From: an uncultured delta proteobacterium
GTDB lineage: Bacteria > Myxococcota > Myxococcia > Myxococcales > Anaeromyxobacteraceae
Direction: 5' to 3'
DNA: 64,000 nucleotides
Assembly (NCBI GenBank): GCA_963814585.1
Contig: CAWFDF010000010.1
Location: forward strand, 136,394 to 200,393
Shown one piece after another: positions 11,166 through 20,790 of the stretch (within the stretch, counting starts at the first letter, position 1; every line of letters starts with the position of its first letter). The notes beneath the pieces are model-generated. The model saw only the letters and a list, made by a program, of their open reading frames with translations, was not told the DNA's origin and did no database searches. The position numbers and the translations under genes are program-made.

Positions 11166-12617
11166 ATGGCCGCAACCAGGAAGCCCGCGAAGCTCGAGTA
11201 CCAGGTCAAGGACATCACCCTCGCCGACTGGGGGCGCAAGGAGCTCGAGCTGGCGGAGAAGGAGATGCCCGGCCTGATGGCCATCCGCAAGCAGTACGGC
11301 AAGCGGAAGCCGCTCCGGGGGCAGCGGATCACCGGGTCGCTCCACATGACCATCCAGACCGGCGTGCTCATCGAGACGCTGGTGGCGCTCGGCGCCAGGG
11401 TGCGCTGGGCCTCGTGCAACATCTTCTCGACGCAGGACCACGCCGCGGCCGCCGTCGCCGTGGGCCCGAGGGGGACGGCCAAGGCGCCGGCCGGCGTGCC
11501 GGTCTTCGCCTGGAAGGGCGAGACCCTGGAGGAGTACTGGGAGTGCACCGACCGGGCCCTCGACTTCGGCAACGGCCTCGGGCCGACGCAGATCGTCGAT
11601 GACGGCGGCGACGCCACCCTGCTGATCCACAAGGGCGTGGAGTTCGAGGCGGCCGGCAAGGTCCCCAGGGCCGGCCCCGGCGACTCGGAGGAGTACGCCG
11701 TCATCCTCGGCCTGCTGGGCCGCACGCTCGAGGCCACGCCCAGGCGCTGGACCAAGGTGGCCGCCGCCTGCGCCGGCGTCACCGAGGAGACCACCACCGG
11801 CGTCCACCGGCTCTACGAGATGGAGAAGAAGGGGCAGCTGCTCTTCCCCGCCATCAACGTCAACGACTCGGTGACCAAGTCGAAGTTCGACAACCTCTAC
11901 GGCTGCCGCCACTCGCTGGTGGACGGCCTCAACCGCGCCACCGACGTGATGCTGGCCGGCAAGCTCTGCGTGGTGCTGGGCTACGGCGACGTGGGCAAGG
12001 GCTGCGCCCAGGCGCTCCGCGGGCAGGGGGCCCGGGTGGTGGTGACCGAGATCGACCCCATCAACGCGCTGCAGGCGTCGATGGAGGGGTACCAGGTGGT
12101 CCGGGTGGAGGACGTGGTCGCCAAGGCCGACGTCTTCGTCACCGCCACCGGCAACCTCGACGTGCTCACCGTCGACCACATGAGGAAGATGAAGGACTGC
12201 GCCATCGTCGGGAACATCGGCCACTTCGACAACGAGATCGACATGGCCGGCCTGAAGAAGGTCACCACGCGGGTGAACATCAAGCCGCAGTACGACGCCT
12301 TCGTCTTCCCGGACGGGCACCGCGTGCTGGTGCTGGCCGAGGGGCGACTCCTCAACCTGGGCTGCGCCACCGGCCACCCCTCCTTCGTGATGTCCAACTC
12401 GTTCACCAACCAGTCGCTGGCCCAGATCGAGCTGGCGGTGAACCGGAAGGCCTACGACAAGAAGGTCTACACGCTGCCCAAGCACCTCGACGAGAAGGTG
12501 GCGGCGCTCCACCTCGGCCAGATCGGGGCGCGGCTGACCCGGCTGACGCCGAAGCAGGCCGCCTACCTCGACATCCCGGTGAACGGGCCCTTCAAGCCGG
12601 ACAGCTACCGGTACTAG
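11166..12617 (+). CDS. ahcY: adenosylhomocysteinase
   Basis: [49 protein letters not shown]. Confidence 0.98.
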   Translation: MAATRKPAKLEYQVKDITLADWGRKELELAEKEMPGLMAIRKQYGKRKPLRGQRITGSLHMTIQTGVLIETLVALGARVRWASCNIFSTQDHAAAAVAVGPRGTAKAPAGVPVFAWKGETLEEYWECTDRALDFGNGLGPTQIVDDGGDATLLIHKGVEFEAAGKVPRAGPGDSEEYAVILGLLGRTLEATPRRWTKVAAACAGVTEETTTGVHRLYEMEKKGQLLFPAINVNDSVTKSKFDNLYGCRHSLVDGLNRATDVMLAGKLCVVLGYGDVGKGCAQALRGQGARVVVTEIDPINALQASMEGYQVVRVEDVVAKADVFVTATGNLDVLTVDHMRKMKDCAIVGNIGHFDNEIDMAGLKKVTTRVNIKPQYDAFVFPDGHRVLVLAEGRLLNLGCATGHPSFVMSNSFTNQSLAQIELAVNRKAYDKKVYTLPKHLDEKVAALHLGQIGARLTRLTPKQAAYLDIPVNGPFKPDSYRY

Positions 12618-12687
12618 GCCAGAGGCCTGGGGGGCGACACCTCGACCCCGTGGCGGCGGACCGCGGCGGAGGGTAAAGTCCCCGCTC

Positions 12688-13470
12688 GTGCTCACCTTCA
12701 CCAACCTGCACAAGGCCTACGCCGCCACCGTCGCTGTCGAGGACCTCTCCCTGCGGGTGGAGCCGGGCGAGATCCTCGGCCTGCTCGGGCCGGGCGGCGC
12801 CGGCAAGTCGACCACGGTCCACCTCGCGTTCGGGTTGCTGCCCCCGGACTCCGGCACGGTCAGCGTCGACGGCCTGGGCCCGCCCACCGACTCCAGGGTG
12901 CGGCGCCACCTCGGGCTGGCGCCCCAGGCGCTGGCCCTCTACGCCGACCTCACCGGGGAGGGGAACCTGCGCTTCCTGGGGCGGGTCAACGGCCTGACCG
13001 GGCGAGCGCTCGACGCCCGCGTCGAGTGGGCGCTCGACTTCGCGGGGGTGACGGACCGCCGGCACGATCTGGTCGGCGCCTACTCCGGCGGCACGCAGCG
13101 CCGGCTCAACCTGGCGGCGGCGCTGCTGCACCAGCCCCAGGTGCTGCTCCTCGACGAGCCCGCCGCGGAGGTCGATCCCCGGTCGCGCGACGCCATCCTC
13201 GAGCGGGTCCTCGAGCTGAAGCGGGGCGGCCTGACGGTGCTCTACGCCACCCAGTCCGTGGAGGACGCGGAGCGGCTCTGCGACCGGGTGGCCATCCTGG
13301 ACCACGGCCGGGTCCTGGCGCTCGACAGCGTGCCCAGGCTGCTGCGTGCCCACGGCGCCGCGCCCACCCGGCCGAAGGCCGAGGCCCGGGCCGCGGAGAC
13401 CGACGTGGCGCGGGCCGACCTGGCGCAGGTCTTCACCAGCCTCACCGGCCGGAGGATGCAGGACGCCTGA
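12688..13470 (+). CDS. ABC transporter ATP-binding protein (ABC-2/DrrA-like), orphan with degenerate motifs
   Basis: GPGGAGKST, YSGG, LLLDEP; H-loop reads ATQ; no adjacent permease. Confidence 0.85.
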   Translation: MLTFTNLHKAYAATVAVEDLSLRVEPGEILGLLGPGGAGKSTTVHLAFGLLPPDSGTVSVDGLGPPTDSRVRRHLGLAPQALALYADLTGEGNLRFLGRVNGLTGRALDARVEWALDFAGVTDRRHDLVGAYSGGTQRRLNLAAALLHQPQVLLLDEPAAEVDPRSRDAILERVLELKRGGLTVLYATQSVEDAERLCDRVAILDHGRVLALDSVPRLLRAHGAAPTRPKAEARAAETDVARADLAQVFTSLTGRRMQDA

Positions 13471-13511
13471 GCGCTCCGGCGCGCGGCGGCACGGGGCACC
13501 AGGGAGACGCC

Positions 13512-14105
13512 ATGGCCACCCTCGAGTTCTTCTACGACTTCGTCTCTCCCTACAGCTACCTGGCCTCGACCCGCGTCGAGGCCATCGCCGCCCGCACCGG
13601 GGCCACGCTCCGCTGGCGGCCGTTCCTGCTGGGCGCGGTCCACAAGGCCACCGGCAACCGCGCGCCGCTGGAGGTGCCGGCCAAGGGGCGCCACATGTGG
13701 GTCGACCTGGACCGCTGGGCGGGGCGGCTCGGCGTCCCGCTGAGGCGCCCCGAGCCCTTCCCGTTCTCGTCCATGCTGGCGCTCCGGTCGGCCCTCGCCG
13801 CCGAGGCGGCCGGGAAGCTGGTGCCCTACACCCACGCCGTCTACCGGGCGCGCTGGGCCGACGGGCGGGACATCGCCGATCCCGCGGTGCTGGCGGCGGT
13901 GGCCTCCGAGGCCGGGCTCGACGGCGCCGCGGTGGTGGCGGCGGCGCCGGGCCACAAGGAGGCGCTGGCGAGGCAGACCCAGGAGGCCATCGATCGCGGC
14001 GCCTTCGGCGCGCCGGCCTGCTTCGTCGGCGACCAGCTCTTCGTCGGCAACGACCGGCTCGACTTCGTCGAGGAGGCGCTGCGGGCCGCGGCCCGCCCCA
14101 CCTGA
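13512..14105 (+). CDS. 2-hydroxychromene-2-carboxylate isomerase / DsbA-like (GST kappa) protein
   Basis: EFFYDFVSPYSYLA, RPFLLG, GAFGAP, FVGNDRL. Confidence 0.9.
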   Translation: MATLEFFYDFVSPYSYLASTRVEAIAARTGATLRWRPFLLGAVHKATGNRAPLEVPAKGRHMWVDLDRWAGRLGVPLRRPEPFPFSSMLALRSALAAEAAGKLVPYTHAVYRARWADGRDIADPAVLAAVASEAGLDGAAVVAAAPGHKEALARQTQEAIDRGAFGAPACFVGDQLFVGNDRLDFVEEALRAAARPT

Positions 14106-14148
14106 TCGTTTGTCCCTCGACCCGCGGTCGGGGTAGGTTCCGGCCCGC

Positions 14149-14982
14149 ATGTCGCTCCTCTCAGCCATCCTGCTCGGCATCATCCAGGCGGCCACCGAGT
14201 TCCTCCCGGTCTCCTCCACCGCCCACCTGCTGATCTTCGGTGAGCTGATGGGCCAGTCGCTGGAGGAGCCGCACTTCCGCGCCTTCGTGGCCATCATCCA
14301 GTCCGGCACGGCGCTGGCGGTGATCGTCTACTTCCGCCACGACATCTGGAAGATCCTGCGCGGCTCCATCGCCGCGCTGGCGCGGGGCACGCCGCTGGCC
14401 ACGCCGGAGGCCCGGCTCGGCTGGCTCATCGTCCTCGGCACCATCCCGGCCGCGGTGCTGGGCAAGCTGCTCGAGCGCCGCATCGAGGCGCTCGGCAACT
14501 GGGTCATCGCCGGATCGCTGGTCTTCCTCGGCGTGGTGCTGTTCGTCGCCGAGCGGCTGGCGCGCCACGTCCGGTCGGTCGAGTCGGTCGGCGTGAAGGA
14601 CGCCGTGCTGGTGGGCCTGGCGCAGGCCTGGGCCCTCATCCCCGGATCGTCGCGCTCCGGCAGCACGCTCACCATGGGGATGCTGCTCGGCTTCACGCGG
14701 GAGGCGGCCGCCCGCTTCTCCTTCCTGCTCTCCGTCCCCATCATCATCGCGGCGGGCGCCTACAAGCTCTGGAAGGAGCTGCCCCGGCTGGCTGGCGCGC
14801 CCGAATGGCAGCAGGCCACCGCGGTGGCCACCCTGGTCTCCTTCGCCGCCGGCTACCTGGTCATCGGCTGGCTGCTCGGCTGGCTCCGGACCCGCCCGAC
14901 CTACCTCTTCGTCGCCTGGCGCATCGCCGCCGGCCTCGCCGTCGCCATCCTCATCTCGGTGGGCGTGCTCCCGGCGTCATGA
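14149..14982 (+). CDS. uppP: undecaprenyl-diphosphate phosphatase
   Basis: [33 protein letters not shown]. Confidence 0.95.
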   Translation: MSLLSAILLGIIQAATEFLPVSSTAHLLIFGELMGQSLEEPHFRAFVAIIQSGTALAVIVYFRHDIWKILRGSIAALARGTPLATPEARLGWLIVLGTIPAAVLGKLLERRIEALGNWVIAGSLVFLGVVLFVAERLARHVRSVESVGVKDAVLVGLAQAWALIPGSSRSGSTLTMGMLLGFTREAAARFSFLLSVPIIIAAGAYKLWKELPRLAGAPEWQQATAVATLVSFAAGYLVIGWLLGWLRTRPTYLFVAWRIAAGLAVAILISVGVLPAS

Positions 14983-15569
14983 ACCTCGCCGAGCTGGAGG
15001 CCGCCCTGGCGGCCTGGCGGCCTCGGCCCTCACCCATCGAGCGGGTCCCGGCCCGGCACTGGCCGGAGGGGGGCTTCGGCGAGGCGGCCGTGCTGGTGCC
15101 GCTCCACGAGGAGGACGGGGTGGCCAGCGTGCTCCTGACGCTGCGGCGCACCGACCTGCGCCACCACGCCGGGCAGGTGAGCTTCCCGGGTGGCCGGCTC
15201 GATCCCGGCGAGGCGTCGCTGGACGCGGCGCTGCGCGAGGCGCGGGAGGAGGTCGGGCTGGACCCGTCGAGGGCGCGCATCCTGGGGCGGCTCTCGGAGA
15301 CCGTCGTGCTCCAGTCCGCCAATCGCTTGACGCCGTGGGTGGCTTCGGTGCCATATCCCTTCCCATACGCGGCGTCGCCGCGAGAGGTGGAGGCCATCTG
15401 GCACGTCCCGATTCCGGCGCTGCTGGCGCCCGGAGTCCACCGCACGCAGGTTCACCGGTTCTACGGGATCGACGTGGACGTTCACTACTACGAGGTCGAG
15501 GGCCGGACGATCTGGGGCGCCACGGCCCGGGTCCTCTCCGAGCTGATCGAGGTCTGGAGCGCGGGATGA
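14979..15569 (+). CDS. Nudix hydrolase, CoA pyrophosphatase family
   Basis: [16 protein letters not shown], Nudix box [17 protein letters not shown]. Confidence 0.92.
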   Translation: MNLAELEAALAAWRPRPSPIERVPARHWPEGGFGEAAVLVPLHEEDGVASVLLTLRRTDLRHHAGQVSFPGGRLDPGEASLDAALREAREEVGLDPSRARILGRLSETVVLQSANRLTPWVASVPYPFPYAASPREVEAIWHVPIPALLAPGVHRTQVHRFYGIDVDVHYYEVEGRTIWGATARVLSELIEVWSAG

Positions 15570-16648
15570 AGATCTTTCCGGTGATCATGGCGGGCGGGTC
15601 GGGGACGCGGTTCTGGCCGATGTCTCGCCGGGCCAGGCCGAAGCAGTTCCTGCCGCTGGCGGGCGACCAGCCGCTGCTGACCGCCACCGTCCGCCGCCTG
15701 CCGCCGCTGGCGAAGCCGGCCGACACCTACGTGGTCTGCGGGCCGGCCCACGCCGCCGCCGCCAAGAAGCTGGTGAGGGAGCTGCCGGCGAGGAACTTCA
15801 TCGTCGAGCCGTGCGCGAGGAACACCGCGCCGTGCGTGGGGCTGGCCGCCCTCCACGTGGCGGCACGCCAGAAGCACGGCATCGTCGCCATGCTGCCGGC
15901 CGATCACCACATCGCCCGCCCCGAGGCCTTCCGCGAGGCCATCGCCGAGGCGGCCCGGCTGGCCGAGCAGGGGCACATCGTCACCATCGGGATCCGGCCC
16001 CACGCCCCGGAGACCGGCTACGGCTACCTGAAGGTTGGCGCCAGGCTGCCCGGCAAGGCCAAGGGACGCAGCCAGGCCCACAAGGTGGAGCGGTTCGTCG
16101 AGAAGCCCGACGTGGTGACCGCGGCCCGCTACCTCGCCGACGGCCACTACCTGTGGAACTCGGGCATCTTCGTCTTCCGCGCCGACGTCATCCTCGAGGA
16201 GATCCGGCGCGTCATGCCGGTGCTGGGTGAGCAGCTGGATGCCATCCAGCAGTCGATCGGCACCCCCGGCTACCAGCGGACCCTGGCGCGCGTCTTCCCC
16301 GACTGCCCCTCCATCTCCATCGACTACGGCGTCATGGAGAAGAGCCAGAAGATCGTGGTGGTGCCGGCCGACTTCGGCTGGAGCGACGTGGGCAGCTTCG
16401 CGGCGCTCCCCGAGGTGCGCCAGACCGACCACCTCGGCAACGTGGCCGAGGGCGACGCGCTGGTGATCGACGGCCGCAACAACGTGGTCATCGCCACCGG
16501 CGCCCGGCCGGTGGCGGTGGTGGGGCTCGACGACGTGGTGGTGGTCGACGCCGGCGACGCCATCCTGGTCTGCCGGAAGTCGCGGGCCCAGGACGTCCGC
16601 AAGGCGGTCGACGAGCTGGCGCGGCGCGGCCGCGACGAGGTGCTCTAG
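15566..16648 (+). CDS. manC: mannose-1-phosphate guanylyltransferase
   Basis: [47 protein letters not shown]. Confidence 0.95.
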   Translation: MKIFPVIMAGGSGTRFWPMSRRARPKQFLPLAGDQPLLTATVRRLPPLAKPADTYVVCGPAHAAAAKKLVRELPARNFIVEPCARNTAPCVGLAALHVAARQKHGIVAMLPADHHIARPEAFREAIAEAARLAEQGHIVTIGIRPHAPETGYGYLKVGARLPGKAKGRSQAHKVERFVEKPDVVTAARYLADGHYLWNSGIFVFRADVILEEIRRVMPVLGEQLDAIQQSIGTPGYQRTLARVFPDCPSISIDYGVMEKSQKIVVVPADFGWSDVGSFAALPEVRQTDHLGNVAEGDALVIDGRNNVVIATGARPVAVVGLDDVVVVDAGDAILVCRKSRAQDVRKAVDELARRGRDEVL

Positions 16649-18018
16649 TGTCCGGGGTGAATCCGGTCGTCTTCCGGGAGTACGACATCCGCGGCGTGGC
16701 GGGCGTCGACCTCACCGAGGAGACCGTGGGGCTGGTGGCGCGCGCGCTGGGCACCAGGGTCCGCGCCGCCGGCGGCCAGGTGGTGGTGGTGGGGCGGGAC
16801 GTCCGGCTCTCCAGCCCGGCTTTCCACGGCCAGGTGGTGGCGGGGCTCACCGCCACCGGCTGCGACGTGGTCGACCTCGGCGTGGTCCCGACGCCCCTGG
16901 TCTACTTCGCGGCGCAGACCATGGCCGTGGACGGGCTCTGCATGATCACCGGCTCGCACAACCCGGCCGACTACAACGGGATGAAGATCGGGGTGGGCCC
17001 GACCACGCTCTACGGCGAGGCCATCCAGGAGATCCTGCGGATGGTGCAGCAGGGCCGGTTCGCCAGCGGGCAGGGGAGGGTGACGGCGCACGACATCGTC
17101 GCCCCTTACCAGGACCGCGTGGTGGGGAACATCCAGCTCGGTCGCCGCCGGCTCAAGGTGGTCATCGACGCCGGCAACGGCACCGGCGGCGTCGCCGTGC
17201 CCATCTTCCAGCGGCTCGGCGTCGAGGTGGTCCCGCTCTTCATCGAGCCGGACGGCCGCTTCCCCAACCACCACCCCGACCCCACCGTGGAGAAGAACCT
17301 GGAGCCGCTGAAGCGAGCGGTGCTGGAGACGCGCGCCGACCTCGGCATCGCCTACGACGGCGACTCGGACCGGGTGGGCGCCGTCGACGAGAAGGGGCAG
17401 GTGCTGTGGGGCGACCAGCTCATGATCCTCTTCGCCCGCGCCATCCTCGCCGAGGTGCCGGGGGCGGCCATCGTCGCCGAGGTGAAGTGCTCCTTCACCC
17501 TCTACGACGACATCGCCAGGCGCGGCGGCCGCGGCATCATGTGGAAGGCCGGCCACTCCCTCATCAAGGCCAAGATGAAGGAGGAGCACGCCGAGCTGGC
17601 CGGCGAGATGAGCGGCCACATCTTCTTCGGGAACCGCTGGCTCGGCTTCGACGACGGCATCTACTCGTCGGCGCGCCTCGTCGAGCTGGTCAGCCGCACC
17701 GACCGGCCCCTGTCGACCCTGCTCGGTGACGTGCCGCGGACCTTCAGCACGCCGGAGCTGCGGGTCGACTGCCGGGAGGAGATCAAGTTCGAGGTGGTGC
17801 GCCGCGCCCAGGAGTTCTTCAAGCAGGGCTACCAGGCCATCACCGTCGATGGCGTGCGGGTGGTCTTCCCCGACGGCTGGGGGCTGGTGCGCGCCTCCAA
17901 CACGCAGCCCATCCTGGTGCTCCGCTTCGAGGCCGTCACCGAGCCGCGGCTGGCGGAGATCCGGAGGCTGGTCGAGGATCGGGTCGGCGCCATCATCGCG
18001 GAGCTCGGCGGTCCGTGA
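16648..18018 (+). CDS. phosphomannomutase/phosphoglucomutase (AlgC/ManB-like)
   Basis: FREYDIRG, TGSHNP, DGDSDR, GEMSGH, RASNTQP. Confidence 0.95.
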   Translation: MSGVNPVVFREYDIRGVAGVDLTEETVGLVARALGTRVRAAGGQVVVVGRDVRLSSPAFHGQVVAGLTATGCDVVDLGVVPTPLVYFAAQTMAVDGLCMITGSHNPADYNGMKIGVGPTTLYGEAIQEILRMVQQGRFASGQGRVTAHDIVAPYQDRVVGNIQLGRRRLKVVIDAGNGTGGVAVPIFQRLGVEVVPLFIEPDGRFPNHHPDPTVEKNLEPLKRAVLETRADLGIAYDGDSDRVGAVDEKGQVLWGDQLMILFARAILAEVPGAAIVAEVKCSFTLYDDIARRGGRGIMWKAGHSLIKAKMKEEHAELAGEMSGHIFFGNRWLGFDDGIYSSARLVELVSRTDRPLSTLLGDVPRTFSTPELRVDCREEIKFEVVRRAQEFFKQGYQAITVDGVRVVFPDGWGLVRASNTQPILVLRFEAVTEPRLAEIRRLVEDRVGAIIAELGGP

Positions 18019-18998
18019 CGGCCCGGCTCGCCCTCGGCGTCGACCTCGGCGGGACCAACGCCCGCGCGGCGCTGGTCGATCCGGCGAGCGGCGTGGTGGT
18101 GGCGGCCCACAAGGTGCGCCACGTCGAGCGGTCTCCGGAGGCGGTGGTGGCGACCATCGCCGCCGCGGTCCGCGAGGTGGCCAGGGCGGCCGGTGTCGAG
18201 GTGGCCGGGCTGGGGGCGGCCGGCGTCGGCGTGGCCGGCCAGTGCCTGGGCAGCACCGGCACCGTCCTCAACGCCCCCAACCTGGGCTGGCGCGACGTCT
18301 CGCTCGGCGAGCCGCTCCGCGCCGCGCTCGGGCTGGAGGTGCGGGTGGTCAACGACCTCTCGGCCGCGGCGTGGGGCGAGCTGCGCTTCGGGGCGGCGCG
18401 CGGTGTCGACGACGCGGTGCTGGTCTTCGTCGGCTCGGGCGTCGGCTCGGGCCTCATCCTCGGGGGCCGGCTCCACGAGGGTGGGCGGGGCGTGGCCGGG
18501 GAGCTCGGGCACATCAAGGTGGCGCCGCGCGGCGCGACGCCGCGGCGCTGCGGCTGCGGCGAGTGGGGTTGCCTCGAGGCCTACGCCGGCGGGATGAACC
18601 TGGCGGCGCGGCTGCGCGACGAGGTGGCCGCCGGGAAGGCCGGCGGCGTGCTGGCGGCGGCCGGCGGCGAGCCCTCCGCGCTGTCGGCCTCGGCGGTGGA
18701 GGCGGCCTACGCCGCCGGCGACCCCTACGCCCGGGAGCTCTGGGCCGAGGTCGGCGAGCTGATCGGCACCGCCTGCGCCAACGTGGTGACGCTGCTCAAC
18801 CCGCTGAGGCTCGTCCTCGGCGGCGGCGTGCTGCTGGGCTGCGGCAACCTGGAGCGGATCGTGCGCGCGCACGTCGCGGATCGCGCGCTGCGAGCGGCCC
18901 GGAGCGGACTCGAGGTGCGGCGCTCCCAGCTCGGCGACGACGCCGGCGTGGTGGGCGCGGCGCTCCTCGGCGCGGCGCGACACTCGCACCAGAGGTGA
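18015..18998 (+). CDS. ROK family sugar kinase (glucokinase-like)
   Basis: GVDLGGT, VVNDL, GELGH, CGCGEWGCLE zinc motif. Confidence 0.92.
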   Translation: MTARLALGVDLGGTNARAALVDPASGVVVAAHKVRHVERSPEAVVATIAAAVREVARAAGVEVAGLGAAGVGVAGQCLGSTGTVLNAPNLGWRDVSLGEPLRAALGLEVRVVNDLSAAAWGELRFGAARGVDDAVLVFVGSGVGSGLILGGRLHEGGRGVAGELGHIKVAPRGATPRRCGCGEWGCLEAYAGGMNLAARLRDEVAAGKAGGVLAAAGGEPSALSASAVEAAYAAGDPYARELWAEVGELIGTACANVVTLLNPLRLVLGGGVLLGCGNLERIVRAHVADRALRAARSGLEVRRSQLGDDAGVVGAALLGAARHSHQR

Positions 18999-19114
18999 GA
19001 TCGACCGCCCGATCCGATCACGGTCCGTGAAATCTGGCATCCGGAGGCGCTGGACCCATCCGGATCGTGCTGAGGGGAGCATGGATCGAGTGATCGATTT
19101 TCTCTTCGGCTTCC

Positions 19115-19143
19115 TTGACGGGATCGATCGCGCTTTGTAACGT
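19115..19143 (+). promoter_or_regulatory. sigma70-type promoter for the Lys-rich micro-ORF (and possibly rqcH)
   Basis: TTGACG (19115-19120), 17-bp spacer, TAACGT (19138-19143), in locally AT-richer DNA. Confidence 0.7.
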
Positions 19144-19205
19144 GCATCCACATTGTCCATTCGTGAGTCACTCATGAAGTGAATGGACGTTCCGAGGAGG
19201 GAACT

Positions 19206-19271
19206 ATGGCTGCCAAGAAGAAGGCCGTGAAGAAGGTTGCGAAGAAGAAGACCGCCAAGAAGAAGAAGTAG
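19206..19271 (+). CDS. 21-aa lysine-rich micro-protein MAAKKKAVKKVAKKKTAKKKK
   Basis: Below ORF-track cutoff. SD GAGGAGGG just upstream of ATG, promoter upstream, terminator downstream; 12 Lys, all AAG. Confidence 0.8.
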   Translation: MAAKKKAVKKVAKKKTAKKKK

Positions 19272-19298
19272 CGATCGGTTCAGCAGCAGAGTGGTGCC

Positions 19299-19329
19299 GC
19301 GGCCGCCTTCGGGCGGCCGCAGCTTTTTT
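19299..19329 (+). terminator. intrinsic terminator / possible attenuator
   Basis: GCGGCCGCC-TTCG-GGCGGCCGC 9-bp stem with a UUCG loop, followed by AGCTTTTTT. Confidence 0.85.
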
Positions 19330-19338
19330 GGGAGCCGC

Positions 19339-20790
19339 ATGTCGCTGACGGCGGTCGAGCTGGAGCTGGTGGTGGGGGAGCTGCAGGCGCTGCGCGGCGC
19401 GCGCGTCGACGCCGTGCGCGTCCACGCCGAGCGCGCCCTGACGCTGGAGCTGCACGGGCGCAGCGAGGCCGCGCTCCTGCTCCTCTGCGCCGAGCCCGAG
19501 GTGACCCGGCTCCACGTCAGCACCGTGCGCCCGGTCCAGCCCGCCAGCCCCTTCGCCTGGCAGGCACCGCTCCGCCAGGCGCTGGAGGGATCGCGGCTCG
19601 AGGCGCTGGAGCTGCAGGCCGGGGATCGGGTGGTGACGCTGCGCTTCGAGCGGGCCGGCGGCCGGGTCCAGCTGGTGGCGGAGCTGACCGGCCGCCACGG
19701 CAACCTCCTCCTCGTCGACGCCGGGGGCGTGGTCCGCTTCATGGCGTCGCGCGTCGCCGAGCCGGGGCGGCGCCTGGCCCCGGGCCTGCCCTGGACGCCG
19801 CCGGCGGCGCCGCGAGGTGAGCGGAGGGCCGGACCGCGCTTCGAGCCGGTGGCCGGCGCTTCCTTCCCCTGGTCCCTGGCGGTCGAGCGCCGCTACGCGG
19901 CGATCGAGGCGGAGCGGACGCTGGTCGAGGCGCGCCGGCGGCTGCGCGAGCCCTTGCGCGCGGCGCTGGCCCGGTCGAGGCGGGCGCTGGAGAGGCTGTC
20001 GGACGAGGCGGCCCGGGTGCCGGCGGCCGAGGCCGACCGGCGCGCCGGCGACCTGCTCAAGGCCAACCTCCAGGCCGTGACGCGCGGAGCCCGGGAGGTG
20101 ACGCTGACCGAGTGGACCGCCGACGGACCGGGCGAGGTGCGGGTGGCCCTCGACCCGGCGCTCACCCCGCGCCAGAACATGGAGCGCTTCTACCGGCGCT
20201 TCAAGCGGATCGCCGAGAGCGCGGCCCGGGTCGAGGCGCGGGCCGGCGAGGTCCGCGCCAGGCTCGAGGCCGTCGGGGCGCTGCTGGAGCGCGTCGACGG
20301 TGCGCCCCTGGAGGAGCTGCCGGCCATCGAGCGCGAGGCGAGGCGGCTGGCGGCCGGGCCACGGCCGGCGGCGAGGCCGCGCCGGCCGCGGGAGCAGGCC
20401 TCGCTGCCCTACCGGACCTTCCGCTCGGTGGCCGGCCTGGCCCTGCTGGTGGGGCGCGGCGCCGCCGAGAACGACCAGCTCACGCGGCGCGTGGCGCGCG
20501 GCAACGACCTCTGGCTCCACGCTCGCGGGCTGGCCGGCGCCCACGTGATCATCCGCCTCGGCGGCCGGGAGGCCGACCAGGAGTCCCTCCTCGACGCCGC
20601 CCACCTGGCGGTCCACTTCTCCGACGCCCGCGGGGAGCCGCAGGTGGAGGTGGCCTGCACGCGGGCCAAGTACGTCCGCAAGGGGCGCGGCGCGGCCCCC
20701 GGCGCCGTCACCTACAGCCAGGAGCGGATGCTCCACCTCCGCACCGAGCCGGCGCGGCTGGCCCGGTTGCTGGCCGAGGAGGCGCCTTGA
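19339..20790 (+). CDS. rqcH: NFACT family protein (RqcH/Rqc2/FbpA-like ribosome quality control factor)
   Basis: NFACT-N GDRVV and ELTGRHGNLLL, coiled region LDPALTPRQNMERFY, NFACT-R VGRGAAENDQLT...DLWLHARG..GAHV. Confidence 0.88.
   Translation: MSLTAVELELVVGELQALRGARVDAVRVHAERALTLELHGRSEAALLLLCAEPEVTRLHVSTVRPVQPASPFAWQAPLRQALEGSRLEALELQAGDRVVTLRFERAGGRVQLVAELTGRHGNLLLVDAGGVVRFMASRVAEPGRRLAPGLPWTPPAAPRGERRAGPRFEPVAGASFPWSLAVERRYAAIEAERTLVEARRRLREPLRAALARSRRALERLSDEAARVPAAEADRRAGDLLKANLQAVTRGAREVTLTEWTADGPGEVRVALDPALTPRQNMERFYRRFKRIAESAARVEARAGEVRARLEAVGALLERVDGAPLEELPAIEREARRLAAGPRPAARPRRPREQASLPYRTFRSVAGLALLVGRGAAENDQLTRRVARGNDLWLHARGLAGAHVIIRLGGREADQESLLDAAHLAVHFSDARGEPQVEVACTRAKYVRKGRGAAPGAVTYSQERMLHLRTEPARLARLLAEEAP

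Noticed and set aside
18999..19200. oriC suggested by the GATC cluster and lower GC
   Set aside because: No clear DnaA-box array or long AT-rich unwinding element, and no dnaA/gidA context
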